From: Candidatus Saccharimonadota bacterium
Lineage (GTDB): Bacteria > Patescibacteriota > Gracilibacteria > BD1-5 > UBA2023
Assembly: GCA_046350815.1 (NCBI GenBank)
Contig: JAXLZO010000001.1
Location: 750,001-782,000 of the forward strand
Direction: 5' to 3'
DNA: 32,000 nt
In this document: one piece after another, positions 26,963 to 32,000 of the stretch
Position numbering within the stretch: position 1 is the first letter of the stretch
Layout of the letters: every line of letters begins with the position of its first letter
The notes under the pieces: model-generated
Database searches by the model: none
What the model saw: only the letters and a program-made list of their open reading frames with translations
Told to the model about the DNA's origin: nothing
Made by a program: the position numbers and the translations under genes

Positions 26963-27751
26963 ATGCATCGTGAACTTATTTTCCTATTTTCTCCTATGTC
27001 TCATATAGAACTCTCTAAGCTCAATACACGAGCTCCTGATAATGTCGATCGTAATGAAATTGAAGCAGAATTTGAACAAATCCGTGAAGAAATTATAGAG
27101 CTACAACAAAAATTCTATGCTGATGGACGTCATTCGCTTCTCATCGTGCTCCAAGGTATGGATGCATCTGGTAAGGATGGCACTGTACGCCATGTGTTCT
27201 ACGGAGTCAACCCGCTCGGTATTCGAGTGTATCCATATGGTAAGCCAACCGATGAAGAAGCAAAACATGATTTTCTCTGGCGACTGCACGTGAATACTCC
27301 AAAGAAAGGTATGATCTCTATATTCAATCGCTCCTACTACGAGGATATTCTTGTGCCAACCGTTGAAGGGTATATTGAAAAGGATATCATCGAGCGTCGC
27401 TATGATCATATCAACAACTTTGAAGAAATGCTTCGTGACAATGGTACTATTGTATTAAAGTTCTTCCTTCATATGTCCAAAGATATGCAACGCGAACGTC
27501 TCGATGAGCGAATGGAAGAGAGGAAGAAGAATTGGAAGCATCATGCTTCTGATGAAGTGGTTCGTAAAAAATGGGAAGACTATATGGAAGTCTACGAAGA
27601 CGTATTCAAGAAGACAAATACAAAACATGCTCCATGGCATATCATCCCAACAGATGATAAGTGGTACAAAGTTTATCTCGTTGCGAAGACGATCCGTGAT
27701 ACACTCAAAGATCTCGATCTTGAGTGGCCAGAGCTCAGTGATGCGGTATAA
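26963..27751 (+). CDS. ppk2: polyphosphate kinase 2 family protein (polyphosphate:nucleotide phosphotransferase), 262 aa
   Basis: Intact ORF in the track. Motifs LLIVLQGMDASGKDGTVRHVF (Walker A type), DFLWRLH, ISIFNRSYYEDILV, LKFFLHMSKDMQRERL and APWHIIPTDDKW. An extended -10 like TGGTAAAAT lies at 26923-26931. The start could instead be ATG 26996. Confidence 0.88.
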   Translation: MHRELIFLFSPMSHIELSKLNTRAPDNVDRNEIEAEFEQIREEIIELQQKFYADGRHSLLIVLQGMDASGKDGTVRHVFYGVNPLGIRVYPYGKPTDEEAKHDFLWRLHVNTPKKGMISIFNRSYYEDILVPTVEGYIEKDIIERRYDHINNFEEMLRDNGTIVLKFFLHMSKDMQRERLDERMEERKKNWKHHASDEVVRKKWEDYMEVYEDVFKKTNTKHAPWHIIPTDDKWYKVYLVAKTIRDTLKDLDLEWPELSDAV

Positions 27752-27760
27752 AAATAATAA

Positions 27761-27781
27761 AAAACCTCCATCGGAGGTTTT
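27761..27781. terminator. bidirectional intrinsic terminator
   Basis: AAAACCTCC ATC GGAGGTTTT lies between convergent ppk2 and the 721-aa gene. Confidence 0.65.
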
Positions 27782-27794
27782 CTGTTTGATATTT

Positions 27795-29960
27795 CTACGC
27801 TGCTTTCGCCATTGATTCCATAGTTGGATTTGGTGTATGCAATATGTGTATGATTTCATTACGTGGTATGCTTGATACGAGTGGCTGCCTGAACACTTCT
27901 GCTATTATATCTGGATTGAGTGTATGTATTGGAGATCCAAGAGATTCTGTTCTATGAGGAGTCTGCTTTGTGGTAATCTGTGCTAAGACATCCCCATATT
28001 TCCATTGTTTTGATGGCAAGAGTTTCCATTCTCATGTTGTGCGTGATTCTTCAAATATATATCCAGTGAGTTTTCCCTCATGGAGAGCATAGAAAGCTAT
28101 ATGATCATTTTTTGCTCCATCCATAGCACGCACTCTGTTACTGAGATAGACAAGACTGCCATTACCAAGGTCAATTTTTGTAGTAGGTGTAAATCTGGAG
28201 ATATTTTTGATTCGCTCTGCAATAGGGTCAGATCGCATATTGTTGATATCTTTTTGTACAAAATAGGGACTCATAGTATGACCGATATATCATCGTCAAA
28301 ATAATTCTCTCTGAGCAATAGTATCTGTAAATGCATCAAGTTCCTCGAGAAATGTATGGGTGTTTGTGTTTTTGTAGGTGGTGCCATTATTACGAAGTTG
28401 ACGAACAATGCCACGAATTTCATATTCGAGTACATCCCAGGCTTCTTTTTTCATTAATTCGCGAAGAGCTTCTACTTTCTCTACACGTAATTCGGGATTT
28501 TTTTCAAGTATGGCATCAAATGCATCGATAGCCCGTCGTGCATTTGTCCTCCAGCGTTCTTGTTTATAAGGTTCTTGCTTTGTTTTTAGCTTGTTTGAGG
28601 GTTTATTTACTGGTGGATCAACTTTTTTTGGATCTGTATTTTCTGGTATTTGTTGAGGTTTAACGATGATTGTTTTGAGTCGTTCTGTGACAATATCCGA
28701 TGAGAGATTAGTATCTTCTTGTATCTCTTTTGGGGATGACTTCTTCTGAAAAAAGTCTGTGAATTTTTGACGCCAGGTTTTTTGTGGTTCTCTCTGATAC
28801 GTGTCCTCTTGGATATTCGGCTTTTTGAGAGGATCTGTTCCAACTCTCGGATCGTCTACTTCTCATCGAATCTCTTCAAGATTTTCACGGAGTCGCTCAC
28901 GAGCATCATTCGCTGATCATTTTTTAGCGAAGAATTTCTTGCTCCATCATACAATACGATCGAACCCATGAGAGATCGAGCGTGGTAGGGTCTTTATTTT
29001 CTTGCGAAAGGTTATACCGAGTCATGCGAGGACAAGCCAGTATGCACTCAGTGAAAGATCATGAGTTATGGTCTGTGTGAAATGCACGTCACTGGATATA
29101 TGTGCTCCTTGTTTTCCCTCGAGATGGTCTGAGAGAAATTTGTCTGTCTCTTGTGAGAACTTTTTCCCAAGATGATGTTCTCGTATGAGGTTTTTTGTCG
29201 TTGTTTTTACTTGTTTTGCATATGTCTCAAGTTGTGATTGTTCTGCGTCGGTGAGTGTGTTTGTTTTGGGTGTGTCTATTAATATGGTTATTTTTTCTTG
29301 ATGATTCGTATCGAGGAGATCGCGTATATACTGTCCACGATTTGCAGCGAGAGAACTATTCTTTGCTTGATCTCATATAAAAGATGCGCTCCCAGTAATA
29401 TTGCTAGTTCGACCATCGATACGTTGTGCTATCTTAGGTTCGGTAAAGATCGAGACAAGTTTTGCAACACCCTCAGGATTGAGAATATTATTCTGTGCTT
29501 GTTGTGATAGATCAGAGCGAAGCTGTTGAGATATCTCCTCCTTGAAGCTATTGATATCTTGTTGGATAGTTTCTTGCTGTTCCTGAGTTATATCTATCTT
29601 ATATACTGGAGCGTGAGGCATCTTGATAAATGACTCATGATGTGATGTTTGTTGATTTTTTACCTCGGATTGATAGTGAATTCTTGCTCACAAAATCTCC
29701 TCGATATCAGAGAGATCAAGTTCTCAGCCATCGCGGTCTACTATACTCCATTCACTAGATGAAGATACATGGCTTCCATAATGAGTATTAGATTCATTTG
29801 AGAGAGCATTTGCCCCTCCGGCAATCATACCCATAGCAAGAATTGCTTTGGTATTCTTTTTGACGGTCTCAGCAATTTTGTGAGTGCCCTTCTGGAGTGA
29901 TGCTAGGGATGGTGCAATTTTTGTTTGAATACGATTATATATTCACGATTTCAATTTCAT
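27795..29960 (-). CDS. large hypothetical protein with one central TM segment, 721 aa
   Basis: Track ORFs 29373..29621, 28032..28274 and 27795..28019 share a frame. All triplets from 30026 to 27795 were translated: TAA at 30024-30026, ATG at 29960, only TGA in between, and TAG at 27795-27797. Track ORF 28607..28843(-) is off-frame. No recognisable domain. Confidence 0.65.
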
Positions 29961-30124
29961 ATCATTTTTAGGACTGTAAATATAGTTGATACATATGTTT
30001 TGTCAATATTTCTTCGGTATTTTTTAGATGGTGGATATTTTCTCTGTGATTATTGGCTTGACTTGTTGCACCTTTTTTCTATGATATCGGTCCCTTCCAT
30101 TGAGAATAAAAAAAGGAGCTCAAT

Positions 30125-30517
30125 ATGAGCGTGATATTTACACTTGAAACGACAGGAATTTCCCAAGGGGATGCTGAGGAGATACTCAGGGAGTTCCATC
30201 AGACGATTGTCTCTCATGCTCAGTCTCTGGGTACGGGCTCTACTATTGTCATCAAGGGGCTTCGATTTCAACGCACAGGTGAACTGCAGATGTCGCCGAT
30301 CAACTTGCTTCGGTCTTCTTCGTTTTTCTCACAAGATTCATATTGTGGAGAATCCATCATGACGAATCTTGATGTGCAAATTATAGCTGAGACACTTCGG
30401 GAAATTCTTGTTTATCACCATGCACTTGGTGGTGGTTGGATCAAGATTGTCGGACAGGAACCATTTAAAAAAGGTGCCGGTTGGCTTCTCTACGAGTCAT
30501 CACCATCGGTGCTGTGA
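30125..30517 (+). CDS. hypothetical protein, 130 aa, SD-led and apparently TGA-terminated (standard-code gene)
   Basis: A perfect AAGGAG lies 7 nt before ATG 30125. Thirteen Gly codons, none of them TGA. It ends at TGA 30515-30517, followed 16 nt later by a terminator. A 100-nt sample is 46% G+C. Confidence 0.5.
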   Translation: MSVIFTLETTGISQGDAEEILREFHQTIVSHAQSLGTGSTIVIKGLRFQRTGELQMSPINLLRSSSFFSQDSYCGESIMTNLDVQIIAETLREILVYHHALGGGWIKIVGQEPFKKGAGWLLYESSPSVL

Positions 30518-30533
30518 AATTTGGTTTCGAGTC

Positions 30534-30570
30534 AATCCCACCGCTTGTGGTGGGATTTTTCTTTGTTTTC
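30534..30570 (+). terminator. canonical rho-independent terminator
   Basis: AATCCCACC GCTTGT GGTGGGATT followed by TTTCTTTGTTTT. Confidence 0.7.
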
Positions 30571-30607
30571 GCTATACTGAGAGTATATCCCTTACCTACT
30601 TTTCTCT

Positions 30608-31516
30608 ATGGCAAAGACATTTCTTCCCTACGCATATCTTCGTGGAGAATTCCTCCCATTCCAAGATGCTCATATTTCAATCGCTACCCATGCTCTTCAC
30701 TATGGTACTGCTGCATTTTGAGGAATACGAGTAGCAATTACGGATGAGTGAAATGCACTCTTCTTTCGTCTCGATGATCATGCAAAGCGACTCTCTCGCA
30801 GTGCTCATTATCTTGGGTATGAAATTGATCCTGATTTTATACGATCGCGTCTCATAGAGTTCGTTCAAATGAACAAGCCAACCACTTCTATCTACATTCG
30901 GCCTCTCGTCTACACGAGTGACCTCGATATTAGTCCGAGACTTCATAATATCGAGAAAGATTTTCTCATCTACGGTATCGAGCTTGGTGACTATCTCAGT
31001 GCAGATGGAGTGAGTGCGACGATCAGTTCTTGGGTTCGCCAGAGTGATGCATCGTTTCCACTGCGTGCGAAGATCTCTGGTGGTTATATCACGAGTGCTC
31101 TTGCTAAGAGTGAAGCGGTTGAGCGATGATTTGACGAAGCGCTCATGATGAACTCAGCTGGTAAACTCTCCGAAGGAAGTGGAATGAATGTATTTCTTGT
31201 TCGTGATGGCACCATTATCACTCCTGGAGTTACTGAGGATATTCTTGAGGGGATCACTCGATCGAGCGTGATGAGTATTGCACGACATCTCGGATATGAG
31301 GTGGTTGAGCGAAGTGTGGATAAGAGTGAGCTTTTTATCGCTGATGAGGTTTTCTTGACTGGTACGGCCGCTCGCATTACCCCAATTCATAAGATTGAAC
31401 AGTATCATCTTCCGAGTGATCGTCCGGTTTTCTCAACGATTAAGTCCTATATGAATACTATTTTCAATCAGGAAGCGACCCCATTTTCTCATTGGATCGA
31501 AGAAGTGAAAATCTAG
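30608..31516 (+). CDS. ilvE: branched-chain amino acid aminotransferase (fold-type IV PLP enzyme), 302 aa
   Basis: ATG 30608 to TAG 31514-31516. Track ORFs 30869..31129 and 31145..31516 are in frame. Motifs HYGTAAF[TGA]GIRV, IYIRPLVY, RAKISGGYITSALAKSEAVER[TGA]FDEALMM, SEGSGMNVFLV, PG..ILEGITR and DEVFLTGTAA parallel E. coli IlvE. Confidence 0.9.
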
Positions 31517-31603
31517 AAGATTTTGGGGTTGCATAAATTCCGCTCTGTTGGAGGTGTGCTCGTAGGGCTGGGTGGTTTTATTTGTATCGTATCGAAAAAG
31601 AAG

Positions 31604-31635
31604 ATCCTGAATCAAGTTCAGGATGACGATTTTTT
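31604..31635 (+). terminator. possible intrinsic terminator after ilvE
   Basis: ATCCTGAA TCAAG TTCAGGAT, then GACGATTTTTT. Confidence 0.5.
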
Positions 31636-31760
31636 CATCTCGACCATAGGGAGATAAGCATGAGTAATCCAGTGAATCGCATAGACGCGATGAGTCATGA
31701 ATCTCTTATACTTAACGTTCGGTGATTCGATCTTATGTAAGAGATCTCTCGTTCATCGAG

Positions 31761-31938
31761 ATGACAGTTTTTCCCACTCTGTCATTCCCGCGGAGGCGGG
31801 AATCTCGTTGATGGATGGTAGAATCAAGAGGAAATCTCAGTAGTAGATCCCCGCCTCCGCGAGGATGACAAATTAAATTAATAGGAGGATGATAGAGGAT
31901 GACATATTTGATACGAGAAAGCCCCCTCAATGAGGGGG
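31761..31938. repeat. cluster of GC-rich palindromic (REP-like) elements
   Basis: GTCATTCCCGCGGAGGCGGGAATCT (31781-31805) has an inverted near-copy AGATCCCCGCCTCCGCGAGGATGAC (31845-31869), and each has an internal CCCGC..GCGGG hairpin. Also ATGACAG..CTGTCAT (31761-31785) and CCCCCTCA A TGAGGGGG (31922-31938). Translated, they give the SRLRGND-type pseudo-ORF seen in track ORF 31733..31999(-). Confidence 0.6.
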
Positions 31939-32000
31939 AGTAGAACAGGAGAGATTTCATTCTCTTTATAAGGATAAGGGGGTTATACTCTCTCTCCACT

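Noticed and set aside
26963-27751. ppk2 as a fourth foreign gene (262 codons without TGA, GGT-dominated glycine codons)
   Set aside because: The clearly native pnp and the first 292 codons of the U32 gene show the same TGA avoidance and GGT preference. ppk2 also lacks a strong SD, has intermediate GC and ends at TAA.
1-32000. Global reassignment of TAA to a sense codon
   Set aside because: Most genes end at TAA placed immediately before terminator hairpins or before the next gene's start (for example 16244, 16297, 24258, 27749, 13051). Reading TAA as sense would fuse unrelated or convergent genes.

Overview
This 32-kb window from a low-GC bacterium only makes sense in genetic code 25 (UGA = Gly), the code of the Gracilibacteria/Absconditabacteria (SR1) lineages of the CPR/Patescibacteria. 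Almost every conserved gene in the supplied standard-code ORF track is cut at TGA codons that fall on conserved glycines. Read with TGA = Gly, the roughly 90 track ORFs collapse into about 28 genes. Recognisable genes: pnp, nrdD-nrdG, an S41 C-terminal protease, a U32 peptidase, PPK2, ilvE, creA, a UMPH-1-type 5'-nucleotidase, a CHAP lysin, a DUF4256 protein, tRNA-Gln(CUG), and a compact IS1595 element with inverted repeats and a target-site duplication. There is also a small defence cluster: an EcoRI-family m6A methyltransferase, a fused DUF262-HNH nuclease and a small HEPN-motif protein. Main second-look items follow. (1) Three short islets (about 8.0-9.9 kb, 20.7-21.2 kb, 30.1-30.6 kb) are GC-richer. 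They carry strong Shine-Dalgarno sites that native genes lack, have no in-frame TGA, and in two cases end at TGA followed by an intrinsic terminator, which suggests import from a standard-code donor. (2) Four clean in-frame TAA codons sit in otherwise intact conserved genes. One separates the nrdD body from its glycyl-radical tail. (3) A ~200-nt leader upstream of the methyltransferase has interleaved perfect 13-14 bp helices. (4) One gene contains five near-identical 153-bp tandem repeats encoding HTH-like modules. No homology search could be run. Family calls rest on motifs I recognise, and all coordinates were derived by hand translation.
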